Below, one piece after another: positions 25,041 to 39,360 of a stretch of 64,000 nucleotides of DNA (positions are counted from its first letter, which is position 1; each line of letters opens with the position of its first letter). The notes beneath the pieces were generated by a model, which worked only from the letters and a program-made list of their open reading frames with translations, did no database searches and had not been told where the DNA came from. The DNA lies in assembly GCF_006345805.1 (NCBI RefSeq), contig NC_043013.1:3906001-3970000 (forward strand). The letters run 5' to 3'. The DNA comes from Octopus sinensis. Taxonomy: Eukaryota. Made by a program: the position numbers and the translations under genes.

Positions 25041-25201
25041 AAGAGATTTAGCATATATTTATATACACATAACCGTTATATAAGCTTGAGCTATATAATT
25101 AAATTAAACGTGAATATATACAAATTTGTATACTCCATTACGCACAAATATATTCATTTATGGGATTTTTCTATTTCTCCCAATATATATAATATATAAT
25201 A

Positions 25202-25245
<44 letters not shown>

Positions 25246-25251
25246 TATATT

Positions 25252-25304
<53 letters not shown>

Positions 25305-26340
25305 TATACATACATATATATATATATATATATATGGTGTGTGTGGTGTGTATGTGTGTATGTGTATGCGTACGCGCGCGCGTGTGTGTGTAGTCTAGAA
25401 TTCATTATACAAAGTGTTACCCTACATACAAAGTATAGGATGTACCATAAAAACTATACATGCAAATAAATAACCGAGCCATCTTCAAACAAACGTATAG
25501 TCTGACTTATCTCAAACTCGAGGAGCTGGAGTTTCGCCAAGTTGTCATCCGTTCTTGTCAGAGAGAAAGGGAAAGAAAGGAACTGCTCTTGGAATAATGT
25601 ACAGGCGGTTGATCGATTGCAAATTAATGTTGAGCCGTTTTTGTGTGCTGCAATATATATACGATGAAATGAAGCGACTATCAAAGCTTTACTGCGTCCT
25701 GAATACACGAACATGACAAGGAACATTTTCGGAATTTGGCAGCGTTCAAATCTTGTGTCCCTACGACCGAAAGTCTTCCTATTTGTTAACTAAGATCGGT
25801 TGATTTGTTATGTTCTCTTGAAGAGTAGATGGTATTCAGCCGTAGCTTGATAATAAAGTGACTTGAAATATTTTGTATCCGTTGTTGAATTGAAAATATA
25901 TTATGCTTTGTATTACAAAATACAATTGTAATCAAAATAAAAAAATACAGAAATAAAGAAATTGACAAAAAAAGTCAGGTTGACTATTAGTTACGATTCT
26001 ATCTTCATGGTCAGATTATAAGGAAGAATGTGCTAAACAGAATAAAGAGTTAAATGAAGAATAAGGTGAAGCATATGAGATAATAAAGTGATAATGTGGT
26101 GAAGAGCGACCCATTACAATACTTATCAACTGTTTCCTTATTTCTTTTAAGGATCTAAATTACAACAAAACAGCTGGCCCCATTCGGTATTGAAACCAGC
26201 CCCTACTTAAAGTAATATATTACCAACTAGATTTATATGCTTTTTTAAACAATTAGAAAAAAATTAGTAAGTATTCTTAGCCCCTACCCCATATTTATAT
26301 TCCCATATACACACCTACGAGGTAATGTAAATTGTTTTAT

Positions 26341-26372
<32 letters not shown>

Positions 26373-26375
<3 letters not shown>

Positions 26376-27043
26376 TGGGTTTTTGTAAATTTTGGAATTT
26401 ATTGCGTTTTTAAATTTCGGAATCTATTTTTTTCGAGAATTCTATTTTTGAATAATTTTAGAATCTATTTAGTTTTTTTTCTAGTTAATTTTAGTTGTTT
26501 TTTGTTTATTTTCAGATCATTAAAATGGATTGTCAAGTTAAGAAAAACGAGCATTTTCAACACCTTTTTGCTTTTAATCAAGGTTATAAGGCCGCAAAAG
26601 CTGCTCGCGACATTTGTACTGCGTATGGAGAAGGTGCCATAGCTAAAAGAATCACTCGTATTTGGTATGCCAAGTTCAAAAATGGAAATTTTAACCTCAA
26701 AGACGCACCTCGTTCCGGCAGTCCAGTTGAATTCGATTAAGAGCGATTAAATCAACTTTTGCACGAAAATTCTCGACAAGGTAACTAGCAGAGAAAATGG
26801 AATGCTCCCACACGGCTATAGAGAAGCATCTTCACTTGATGGGAAATGTTCAGAAGTATGGAGCATGGGTTCTGCATGCTTTAAGTGACAAAAACAAAAA
26901 CCAACGAGCCACAATCTCCGCTGGTTTGCTTGCTCGTCACCGCTCAACTCATGGACACAAGCAACGATTTCTTTACCGAATCGTTACTGGCAACGAAGAA
27001 TGGTGCCTGTACATCAATATGAAGCAGCGTAAGGAATGGCTTA
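26373..27043 (+). mobile_element. Mariner transposase 5' part (HTH and start of DDD domain), pseudogenised
   Basis: ATG at 26525; RSGSP (GRPR-like), GAWVLHAL (WVPHEL-like), IVTGNEEW (IVTGDEKW-like); stop and frameshift; truncated. Confidence 0.85.
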
Positions 27044-27102
27044 AATATACACATGTGTGTACAGTTGAAATAACGCATACACACGTATCCATCTATACAT
27101 GG

Positions 27103-27142
<40 letters not shown>

Positions 27143-27639
27143 CTTTCATATATTCTTACTATTAAAGTGTCAGATCCACATAAAATGTAGTGTGTATATT
27201 TCCATATATCCACACATGTATATAAATATACACATGTGTGTACATATAAAATAATACACACACACACGTATCCATCTATACATGGAGATATATATATAGT
27301 TCTTTCATATATTCTTACTATTAAAGTGTCAGGGATGAAATAAAAAAGTAAAATGAAATATATATATATACATACATCTAGTTATATATGCACACATATA
27401 CACTTCTTATATGCAAACTTTTTTATTTCTAAAGAGAGAAATAAAAAAAGCCCACTAAAATAAAGAATAAAAAATACACGCATAAATCTATTTGTATTTC
27501 TTAGAAGCACTTCTTACACATTCTGTTTATAAAACACAGAAATAGATAATGCAATATGATAAAGTTAAATAAAATAAAATATACATCATAGACATAGAAA
27601 TAAAATATAATATACTCATATATCTATTATATATGGATA

Positions 27640-27662
27640 TATATATTATATATATATAATAT

Positions 27663-27738
<76 letters not shown>

Positions 27739-28220
27739 TTCCAACACCATTCTTAACCTAGGCCCAACTCGCGGGGAGTTTTGGAACGTAACACCCACGA
27801 TAGTCGAGGTATTATTCTGTGTGCATACATACATACATACATACATACATACATACATACATACATACTTACATACATACATACATACATACTTACATAC
27901 ATACGTACATACATACATTCATACATACATACATACATACACACATACATACGTACATACATACATTCGTACATACATACATACATACATACACACATAC
28001 ATACGTACATATATACATACGTACATACATACATACATACACACATACATACGTACATACATTCATACATACATACATACATACATACATACATACATAC
28101 GTACATACATACATTCATACATACATAGATACATACATACATACACACATACATACGTACATACATACACACACACATACATACATACATACATTCATAC
28201 ATACATACATACATACCCTT
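27640..28220. repeat. (TA)n and (ATAC)n microsatellites
   Basis: Directly visible. Confidence 0.95.
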
Positions 28221-28399
28221 CATTACTATTCTTGTTGCTGTTTGTAGTACTTCTATTATTGAGATATTGAGATTTTTGGTATTTCGATTATTACTCATAT
28301 TATTTTTGTTTTCGCCTCTTTTATTATTCTTCTTAGAATTATTTGGAAAAGTTTCATTACTTCTTTCTTTACTGTTCTTATTTGAAAAATAACTTCCAT

Positions 28400-29150
28400 C
28401 GTTATCCCCACTAATGGTGTTAATAATCTCCAGGCCTAGCTTCCTATTATTGAGTTTATGAATGTAGTATTGTAAGTTATTAGATGTTGCCTATGGTAAT
28501 TTCACTATATGACTATTAAAGACTTCGTGGTATTTATTAGATTTAGGAAAGTGCCTTACCAATGCAGCAAAAAATCTCAAGCAATCTTGGATGATACATG
28601 CAATTGGAAAATTGTATAATATCACAAAACATTGCATTTTTCTATACTTGTTGTTCGGTCTATTGTAACCAGTATAATCTGTGGTACTTTCACTATCTAA
28701 AGAATTCCAGTTCGATTTATAATTAATAATAATTAGATTAGCCATTAGCCCTATTTTCTACTTTAGCTTTATTTATTTTGCCGTTTTCTCTCTTGGGTTG
28801 AGACTACCACCTTCATCTATTTTGTGCTTATAACTCTCTCTTTTAAAGTATGGTTTAGTGCCATTATTATAGTCGTCATATGCATTAATAAGATTATTGT
28901 TAGGTATGTATTTGATTTTCGTAGGATATCCGACCCTAGCTCATGCTACATTGTAGTAATGTGCACGCGAGTTTCATTTGCCGGAAGTCTAGATATTCGA
29001 GTGGATATATTGATTACAATTCTTTTTATGACAGAAAATGAGTGATTGGATTTTTCTGATTGACATTTCTTAGATTTTCGTTCAGGTTATGGCATGGGTC
29101 AAATAATCCGTAACCAGATTAAATGTTACATTTACAAAATTTGTCATACT
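28400..29150 (-). pseudogene. Penelope-like element RT-thumb/linker remnant
   Basis: STRISRLPANET, ARVGYPTKIKYIP and RHFPKSNKYHEVFNSHIVKLP*ATSNNLQYYIHKLNNRKL resemble the PLE linker consensus HFP..K..KIFN..VK.SY. Confidence 0.6.
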
Positions 29151-29269
29151 ATAATTATTTTCTATATTAATAGATAGTTCGAAATATTTTAAATGTGCAT
29201 CTATATGCATGCGAAATTTTTAACACAGCATATCGATAAGATATGTTTTCTCAGGATGAATCTTTTCTA

Positions 29270-29400
29270 CTCTAGGAACAAAGCCCCAAATTTTGGGGAG
29301 TGGGGGAGCAGTCGATTAGCTCGACCCCAGTACGCAACTGGTACTTAATTTATCGGTCCCGAAAGATGAAAAGGCAAATTTGACATCGGCGAAATTTGTT
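29270..29400 (-). mobile_element. SINE A partial (tail A2)
   Basis: Family body and tail words. Confidence 0.7.
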
Positions 29401-29564
29401 TGTCTCAAGATAAATACAGCAGTAACTGGTCTATCGACAAAGTGCATACACTAAGTATAATACATATATGGTTATTTTAATTAAAAATTGTCTCAATCGC
29501 GTATACATGATTTTACCTAGGCGGTTGGCTATTGGCAACATCAATGGACAGTTTATTCTAGCAT

Positions 29565-30496
29565 GTGGCTGGGTACACCAATGAAAACATCCCCAAAGGT
29601 CGGCATGCATCTGGAGTTTTCACTGACCGGTGTTGGCGCAAATTTTCGTCTTACTCTGATGTTTATTGTATTTTTAAAACAGGAAGTTACGGGCCCATTT
29701 TGAACAGGCACAACGTTATAGCCCAATGGGAGGCCGCTGCGAATGCAAGGGGGTCGTCTATATGGCCAAAGTACGAGGAAACCCTGGCAATACCACCGGT
29801 AGAATCAGTAGCAGCCATAGATATGAGAACAGAACTAGCAACACCGCCACCATCGTCACAGTTAACAATATTAGCAACAATAACAATAACAGCACCAGCG
29901 ACAGCATTAGCAGTTCCCTCGGTGGCATCGACAGGAGTACCAACAACAGCAACTTCAGCAGCAGAATTACCAACAGCTTCCCTAACGTCCACAGTAGCAG
30001 ACCTGACAACCCCAAAAGCAGCAGCAACATGTCCAGTGCCCCCGCCAGCAATAACAGCAATAATGGCAGCAATGGAAACAGCTGCAGTGAAAGTGGCACT
30101 CGCAGAAACACCGGCGGAAGCACAACTAATGACACCTCTAGCAGCAATGGCAACTCTTCCACCAATGACGAGGACCACAATAACAACAACAGCACCTTCA
30201 CCATAACCAGCAGTAGCGATACCATTACCGACGCCACCACCACCTCCAGCGACGCCAACGCTAGCAGTTCCCAGTTCAAACAACAACGATGGCAGCTGCA
30301 GCAGCATCAACAACACCAACAGCAAATACACGCCCACGGAGAAACATTGAATGTTCCGGGAACTCTTTCAAGCAATATCTCTCCAACCGCAGGTCCTCCT
30401 TCTGAGTTTCGGAAAGGAGACTCCATCACTGGCCAGCCACGTCTGGCATCGAAAAGACGATGGGGTTCCATACTCGATTTCATAGAAAACCTTTGA
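29565..30496 (+). other. GC-richer low-complexity island with overlapping ORFs (Ala/Thr/Pro-rich or Ser/Asn/Gln-rich); function unknown
   Basis: Four overlapping ORFs of 173-256 aa on both strands over degenerate CAG/GCA/ACA triplets. Confidence 0.35.
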
Positions 30497-30939
30497 GAAC
30501 CCAGGCTCCTACATCAGCGGTACGAAGTGTTACAATTAATGCATAACTGAACGCGCAAGAATCCCAAAGGACTCACTCAAACCAGGGAACATTCTTACCT
30601 CCAGAACGGAGATTTTCGGGCTATGTTTACATTCCAGGAGGTTCTTGCTAGCTTTTTGGAGTCCACAAAATGCGGCACAACCGGAAGTCGATAGCCAATA
30701 GCAAAGGTAGATAATCCCCAGTTGTTACCTTTGAGTAATGAGGCATTTCCTTCTCCATATTTTCGAGAGGTCTTGGGCCAGCAGGATTTTGGGATCTGAC
30801 GATACGCCATAAAGCTAAACCTTATATGAATTAGAAACGTAAGGTAATCCCATAAACAAGCCTTCCCCATTTTTAATATATACTGCTCTACTTCTTAGAA
30901 TGTGCTTCTTCTTTCGGATTTATGCTTTTTACAAACAAG

Positions 30940-31009
<70 letters not shown>

Positions 31010-32639
31010 CATATTAAGTATGATGCACAGAATCATTATATATATATATATATATAATTCTATTACATATATATATATGTGTGTGTATGTACACACACAC
31101 ACACACACATATATATATACACACACATATAGTTTCATGTTCATGCACATAAGCATTAACATATTATAGAAAATGTAAGCATGAAACGAATGCTTGTATA
31201 GAAGCATATTTGATAGAAATCCTTTCTTCATTCGTGAGACCAAATCCCGGTAGCATCAGATTTACACTTGAAGAATATGGGTAACAACGATACTTAGAAG
31301 TAAGTGGACAATGGTCGTCCACTCATAATACAAAGAGTATTGTCCTTCGGGGAAAGAATGCATTAATTCTCACCCCTATGAACACACACGCACACACGCA
31401 CACGCACACACATACACACACACATTCTCTCTGTCTCTCTCTCTCTCCCACATACACATACATATACACATAGCGTTTCTACTTCAACAGCTGATGTCAC
31501 ATGGTGATATCAGCTACTGTAACAAATATATGTTTGTGTGCGCACGCGCGCGTGTGTGTATGTGTGTGCGCGTATGTGTGTGTATGTATGTGTGTACATG
31601 GGTGAGTACATGGGTGAGTACATGTGTATGCATATAACCATATGTATATTTGATATTTGCAAAAAAATCTAAAAGATATGCATATATCTATATAAACTCG
31701 TACACGGATATGTATATATATATGCATATATACGATGGCTGTCAAATTCTTTGACGAGTTTGTCCATTACTGACAAAGCAATACCAAGTAAGACTTGCAT
31801 AACACCTCGCAGACCTTCTTCACCCTCTTGACATGATCGGGTGGGAAGCCGAAGCAAGATATCTCGTGCCAGATATGACTCAGGAATGTGGGAGCAGCAT
31901 GAGTTTAAGTGCAAGAAAATAATCCAAAATTATCCAAACTCATTTCTTGTATATCCGGTTTTATACCAGAGTGACCTTCTAAAAGATAAGCTTTAACAAA
32001 ATCTGAGGGTCGCCTCATTTCCAATGGCCTTCCGGTATGCCGGACATGAAACCAGGATTTGATGAGTGTCCGTTATATTGCTAACCAGCCGTTGGACCTA
32101 CACTGGTTCCTTGTCTTTAATCCTTTTGCTTTCAAGCAAGCCTCCTCACCAAGTCTGGTAGGGGTGCCGGGTTCAATCGTCGATCATGCACGAGGGTGTC
32201 CTGGATACCTATTTCTTTATTACCCACAAGGGACTAAACATAGAGGGGACAAACAAAGACAGATATAGGTATTAAGTCGATTACATCGACCCCAGTGCGT
32301 AACTGGTACTTACCGAGTTGCAAGTAGAGTTCATGAGAGACCTCACGAGTCATCTAACATAGAATACGTATATTTACTTATATGTATACATGTATATATA
32401 CATATATCCACATATATCAATAATAATATGCATATATTTTGTGTATATTTTTATATACATATAGATACAAATGCGTACATATTTATAGATAATTATACTC
32501 ATATATATTTGTATGTACACACACACACACACACATATGTACATATATATGCATATATATATATATATATGTGCATATAAATGCGTGTATGCATATATAT
32601 TTGTATTTATATATAAATATAGTCTCTATATATCTATAG

Positions 32640-32671
32640 ACATTTGTATCTATCTCTATCTATCTACCTAC

Positions 32672-32764
<93 letters not shown>

Positions 32765-32961
32765 GGTCTATCTATCCAATGTTTATATAGACATACGTGC
32801 TTCACATTAAGTATGTGTATGTTTATATGTGTATGTATGCATGTAGTTATACATACATGCAGACGGATATGCATATATATATACATTGTGTATGTGTGAA
32901 GAAGAAGAAGAAGAAGAAGAAGAAGAAGAAGAAGAAGAAGAAGAAGAAGAAGAAGAAGAAG

Positions 32962-33014
<53 letters not shown>

Positions 33015-33030
33015 GTAGTAGTAGTAGAAA
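32640..33030. repeat. (ATCT)n, then (AAG)n(AAC)n(TAG)n
   Basis: Directly visible. Confidence 0.95.
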
Positions 33031-33419
33031 ATCGATTATGAATCAAAGTGGCGGTCCGGTGTTGTATTAATGACGTGTGTTCTGTGACTCTTCCGACGAG
33101 TGGCGTTAATAACTTCACCAAAATAACACTTTGGGAACTTGAAACGAGACAAAGACTTTCCATGGTCAGTCAGCGAATACATATTTTCTTACGGAGCACG
33201 GCGATAAGCGAAGGATTAAAATTATTGTAGAACTGGTAAATTTTCAGTGAACCAATTCCGTTTTTCAGTTTCCACTCTTAGTTGAAAGCGTTTTCTCCCC
33301 CTATTACTATCTTTTAGAGAGATAAATCGAATATCACACCATCTCCATGCAAATCTAGAAATGTCAGGATTCTTTTTTTTTTTTTTATACTTTGAAACAT
33401 TATCTTAGGGGGGGGGGAT

Positions 33420-33472
33420 ATGTGTGTATGTGTTTGTGCGTGCGTGCGTGTATGTGTACATACACACACACA

Positions 33473-33503
<31 letters not shown>

Positions 33504-33505
33504 CA

Positions 33506-33538
<33 letters not shown>

Positions 33539-33651
33539 ACATATCAAATTACAAACTGTTTGTATTAGATATCTGTACACAGAGATATTCGGAGTACATA
33601 TGTGTGACTATGTGCGTTCCACTTTGTGTGAATGAGTGTGTGGTACACGTA

Positions 33652-33701
<50 letters not shown>

Positions 33702-33703
33702 AG

Positions 33704-33735
<32 letters not shown>

Positions 33736-33758
33736 CTGTATATATGTATGTTTATATG

Positions 33759-33793
<35 letters not shown>

Positions 33794-34410
33794 GATAACA
33801 TATATATATATATACATACATATATTATATATATATCTGACATTGATTATTATATATATATATATAGATATATATTATATATATTATATATATATATTTA
33901 TGTATAATATATATAATATATATCTATATATATATATATATCATATATATATATATACATATATATATATACATATATATATATTATAATATATATATAT
34001 ATATATAATACATATAATATATATATATATTATATCACATACATACATATATACATACATATACATATATATATACACATAGATAAAACATACATATATA
34101 CTACATATACTATATATATACACACGCGCACAAACGCATGCATATACATACACGCACGCACATACACGTGTATACACACACACGTACACACCCTCACGTT
34201 TGTATTTATAGGAATTTCTTTGTATAAGAAGACGATAGAGTGCGAATGCGTTGTTGACGTTAAATGCCTGCATGTATGCGTGCGTGCATGCGTGAGTGTG
34301 CGCGCGCGCGCGCGCGTGTGTCTGTGTGTATGTCTGTGTGTGCGAGTGTGCGAGTGTGTGTGTGTGTGTTTGTGTGTGTCTGTGTGTGTGTGTGTGTGTG
34401 TGTGTTGCTG
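33420..34410. repeat. (CA)n/(TA)n/(TG)n microsatellite cluster
   Basis: Directly visible. Confidence 0.9.
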
Positions 34411-35421
34411 TTGACTTTTGATACTAAAATTGTGCGCTTTGTGGCTTAGGTTGAATGAACAAACCAAAGTTCACGTGATAGAGTTGGAGAGGGCTGGGCT
34501 AAGAAGCGAGTGAAAGAGAGAGAAAGAGAAGGAAGGAGGAGGAGGAGAAGGAGGAGGAGGAAGGAGAGAAAATGCAATACACAGATACAGAGGCACTTAC
34601 AAACACAGATAGACACACACAAACATATATATATATATATATATATATACGTATACGGAGAGATAGAAAGAAATACGGTCAGCAAACAAGAGGAACAAGA
34701 GGAACAATAGATTTATCGAAAGAGGCAGCAGAAGGGACGAGTGGGAGGAAGATATTGAGAAAAAAAGGGAGTGCAACAAAAAGAGAGATAGAAAGAAAGA
34801 ACTATAGAAAGAAATGAGGCCGAAGAGAGGAGAGGGCGGCGGTGAGAGAAAGAGAGGGAGAAGAGAGACAAAGAGAGAAAGAGTGAGTGAGAGTGAGAGA
34901 TTTTGTGGGTAAAAATTGGGTGAAAGAGTTTGAAGTAATGGTTGAGAGATAACAGCAACAGCATAAACATAGCTGCTGGTACTACTACTATTACTACTAT
35001 TACTATTACTGCTGCTGCTGCTGCTGCTACTGCTGCTTCCGCCGTGACAGCTACGACTTATTACTCATCGGTACTTGTAGCATAATAATTTCTGACACTG
35101 GCACGAGACCGCTAATTCATAGAAGAGGGACCCCACAACCCATTTTCATATGTCTTATCAAATGGTCGATCGACTTGCTAGACATAGCAACCAAAACCAC
35201 CCTATAACCACCAACCGCACTCTACTATCTGACATTGAATTATTATTATTATATATCGAATAGTTTCGTCCCATTTATTCATATTATTTACAATTAAAAT
35301 GCGAAATGGTCCGGTATAAACTTGGAACTTTATCACAGTCTCTAATAAATTTTGAGAGGAATCAGGTTTGGTGACATTTGAGCCCGGAGATACAGGCGTT
35401 TGATCTCACACAACAGAAATT

Positions 35422-35788
35422 GGATCTTTTCGGTTTGAACGGCAGTTTTTTGAAATAATTTCCATGTAACTAAACACTTTTAAACTTCGTATACTGGTAG
35501 AATGTGTTTATAAAACATCTTTTTCTCTTGGCTTTATTGAGAAAATTCTATAGTTTGTAAGTTGTTGTTTTTCTTCAATTTCTGCAATTTCAAACAATCA
35601 ATGACGTCTATTGAGGTGAAAACATTCTGTGCCGTATGAATATGTCCCTCGTTTAAGAAACAGATTGGGTTTATTTACATTTCTGAAGAAAAAAGATACC
35701 CTTCCCCTCACCCCTAACCCTAACCCTAACCCTAAAACAGATTGAAATGCAATAGATCGATACTAGGGTCATAATTATGGGTGACAAT
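35422..35788 (+). mobile_element. GG-ended MITE, right TIR lost; carries (CCCTAA)4
   Basis: Colinear with 39883-40311 up to GGGTGACAAT, then runs into (AAT)n. Confidence 0.85.
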
Positions 35789-36751
35789 AATAATAATAAT
35801 AATAATGATAATAATAATAATAATTATTATTATTATTATTATTAATATTATTATTATTATTATTATTATTATTGTTGTTGTTGTTGTGATGGTGGTGATC
35901 TGACAGAATCGTTTGAGCATCTTGTAGAATTTCTTCCGGTTCTTTATGTTCTGACTTCCAATTCTGACGAGGTCATCGTTGCCTTCCATCTTTTCAGAGT
36001 CGAAAAGCTGAAGTACCTGTAAAGTCGAAACCCTGCCGAGGTCAGCTTTACCTTCCATTCTTACAGGGATCGATAAAATAAATTTTCAGTCAAGTACTAG
36101 TTCGATGTAATCGACTAACCCCACCCTCTAAAAACGTGCTGGTTTTCTACCAAAAAGACTCCATTTATATCCTGAACAACCCCAAGTTACCTTGTAGCCA
36201 CAAATAGGGACCTTGTGGCCCATGTTTGGAGGAGAGTGTCTGATTTCTTCTCGGTTAAGGTTATCTTTAATATGGCAGTCCTACCTATAATGATGCATGG
36301 TTTCTACAAAAATAGGTTTCAGGAAGTAAATAATCTAGATTAATCCGTCACACAACCTAATACTTAGTACGAACACAGCCAGATATCTCTTAGTTTTAAT
36401 GCACGTAGGACATCATTTCCCATTCTTGGAAAAATACTGTACTATATTGTCTTGAATTTACACCAAGTCAATTATTCCTGGATGGACGATATTGCTATCC
36501 AAATCAAATACTACAAATAAATGAAATAAAGAAACACCAAATCAAATACTACAGTAGCAAACATAACACTATACAACCCCCACTCACCCGTAAAAAGAAA
36601 GGCAGTCTGAAGATTTGACAAGCGTGATGTGTGTGTGTGTGTGTGTGTATACACGAATAGAAAAACGTTGGTTCGATCAAATTTCTAGTCTGTTTGAACA
36701 TTCCTCCAATGAAAGAATGCCTTCTGTTAACGGGGGCGATGTACACATACG

Positions 36752-37100
36752 TATATTTCTTTACTACCCACAAGGGGCTAAACACAGAGGGAACAAACAT
36801 GGACAGACAAACGGATTAAGTCGATTACATCGACCCAGTGCGAAACTGGTACTTATTTAATCGACCCCGAGAGGATTAAAGGCAAAGTCGACCTCGGCGG
36901 AATTTGAACTCAGAACGTAACGATAGACGAAATACCTATTTCTTTACTACCCGCCAGGGGCTAAACACAGGGGGAACAAACAAGGACAGACAAACGGATT
37001 AAGTCGACCTCGGCGGAATTTGAACTCAGAACGTAACGGCAGACGAAACATCGCTTAGCATTTCGTCCGGCGTGCTAACGTTTCTGCCAGCTCACCGCCG
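36752..37100 (-). mobile_element. SINE A dimer; head-proximal unit internally deleted
   Basis: Junction GAAATACCTATTTC near 36929; GGATTAAGTCGACCTCGG shows a collapsed body. Confidence 0.85.
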
Positions 37101-37563
37101 CTGTACACATACATATTTAAAGCGTATACACAGCGGCATAGTTAAAGTGTTCCGCCTAATTTGCATAAAAATGCGTGTTGTAACAACGTGTTTAATTACT
37201 TGACAACGAGCTAAAATGGTAAATTCATATTAAATTCTAAAGCGTTCAAAGCGTCGTTGTCATGTATTATTGACGGATTAAGCAGGTTTTCAGCCAATTC
37301 ACAGCTATGAAAATCACAACAGCAGTCATGGCAAACGGTTTCTGTAAAACTGACGGTAAACTTATGACAGGAAGTCTCTCGTCACAGACATGCTCTATCA
37401 GAGCTAAGCAACAATAAATAACTACAGTAACAGCAATAACAGCCTGCTAAGGTATATCGTTTACTGGCCCCAGAAAGACAGGGGAAGAAGTCGTTGTTGT
37501 TAGGGGGTGGTTGTGCGAGTTTCGACTTAACTCGGGGTAGTTATAATAGGGAGGTTCTCAATG

Positions 37564-37610
<47 letters not shown>

Positions 37611-37667
37611 TATATATATATACATCACAGAGTAACCTCATTTTATATATACATATATATATATATT

Positions 37668-37797
37668 ACTAGGAGAGAAAAAAATGTGTGTAGTGGCTAA
37701 CGATCTATCATGGCGACTCATTATATATATATATATATATATAATGAGTCGCCATGATAGATCGTTAGCCACTACACAACATTTTTTTCTCTCTAGT
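37668..37797. repeat. Near-perfect foldback (about 55-bp arms around a (TA)n loop)
   Basis: ACTAGGAGAG...GGCGACTCATTA versus TAATGAGTCGCC...CTCTCTAGT, two single-base indels. Confidence 0.95.
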
Positions 37798-37935
37798 TTT
37801 TCTGTATCCCATTCTGTAGAAGAGCGTAGGCTCGAAACGTAAAAGACTTTTTCTATTCCTGTGCACTATACTAATACATCTATTTGTTCTGTACACCACC
37901 TGTCTTCGTCTTTTGTTTTTTTCGTAAACTCTCCC
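37745..37935 (+). mobile_element. Penelope-like pLTR with hammerhead-like variant at 37811-37846
   Basis: CTGTAGA-A-GAGC(GTAG)GCTC-GAAA-CGT-A; flanked by (TA)n on both sides. Confidence 0.65.
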
Positions 37936-38270
37936 TATATATATATGATCATATGATGGGAGAAAAAGAACGGATTAGACAACAGCGTTATGAAGACACT
38001 AGGCTTATTTTATTCAACGATTCCTTACAAAATGGCCAATGAGCCTCAACTTTAGTTTCTTCACGGGATCTTGAAGTTGAGATTCAGATTTAAGTTTTGA
38101 AGAGAGGAAGGCAAATAATTAGAAAAAATATCCAAAATGTGTGAATTCTGGGTGGGAAAGATAAGTAAATAGGTTGAGAAATAGTCGCAAATTATGAAAG
38201 ACCAACACCTCCAAAGTGAGACAACGAAATACAAATATTCAATTGTTATGATATACAGTTCCTATATCTT

Positions 38271-38655
38271 TTACCTTTTATTTGTTTCAGTCATTAGACT
38301 GCGGCCATGCTGGGGTACCGCCTTGAAGAACTTTTAGTCAAATGAATCGATCTTTTCAAAAGCCTGGTACTTATTCTATTGTTCTCTTTTTGCCGAACTG
38401 TTAAGTTACGGGGACGCAAACAAACCACCACCGGTTGTCAAGCAGTGACGGGAGACAAACATAGGCACAAAGACACACACACAAACACACACACATTTAC
38501 GATGGGCTTAGCTCCGTTAACCAAATCCACACAGAAGTGTTGGGTCGGCACAAGGCTATAGTAGAAGACATTTGTCCAGGGTGCCTCGCAGTGGGACGGA
38601 ACCTGGAACCATGTGGTTCGGAACCAAACTTCTTACCACAAAGCCACGCCTGCTT
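38271..38655 (-). mobile_element. SINE B, full length, diverged
   Basis: Reverse complement of family consensus from head to tail. Confidence 0.8.
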
Positions 38656-38800
38656 CTATGAAAAACAAACAAAAGCATATTGAAGTGTCTGTATTAAACA
38701 CAGACAGAAACTCAAAGATAAAGTTATAGTGATGTGAAAGAAATATTCAGTATAAAAATGGAAACAAAGCAAACACACATTTATACGTGTACATATGTAT

Positions 38801-38842
<42 letters not shown>

Positions 38843-39257
38843 ACACATGCACACACACAAGTGTACATTCGTACATACATGTCTCATATACAAACGCACC
38901 GCCTCATAAGTTACGCGCGCATCGATGTATACCGATATTAGTCGGACATAAAATTCAAATGCGCACTTATAATCACTTATCGAAAATATATCGGAAGACT
39001 ATAAGACGGCATCATACAAGCACGGATACACAGACGTATAAAATGTGAAGTTACGGGTCTGATAATCAGAGACGTGCTACTTGTAATCGTGTAAGCCAGT
39101 ACAATCTGTCTATAGTCGGGCTGTTGACGATTAAACCGGCAATCCAGCCAAGCTTGCTTGGTGGCGAGGATGAATTTTGGACGCCCTGCGGGGTGAAAAA
39201 TAAAACCTGTCAAAGGGCGTACGAACTCAAGAGTGTCGAAAGCCACCCAAAACAGTG

Positions 39258-39293
<36 letters not shown>

Positions 39294-39323
39294 ATAGTAA
39301 TAATAATAATAATAATGATGATG

Positions 39324-39360
<37 letters not shown>

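Noticed and set aside
25454-25726. 90-aa minus-strand ORF in unique sequence
   Set aside because: No recognisable motif or convincing splice pair.
35712-35735. (CCCTAA)4 as a chromosome end or fusion scar
   Set aside because: It is an internal part of the MITE, present at the same position in the 39883 copy.
37159-37166. Octamer ATTTGCAT with nearby CCAAT as a promoter
   Set aside because: Such words are expected by chance in AT-rich 64 kb; no linked gene.
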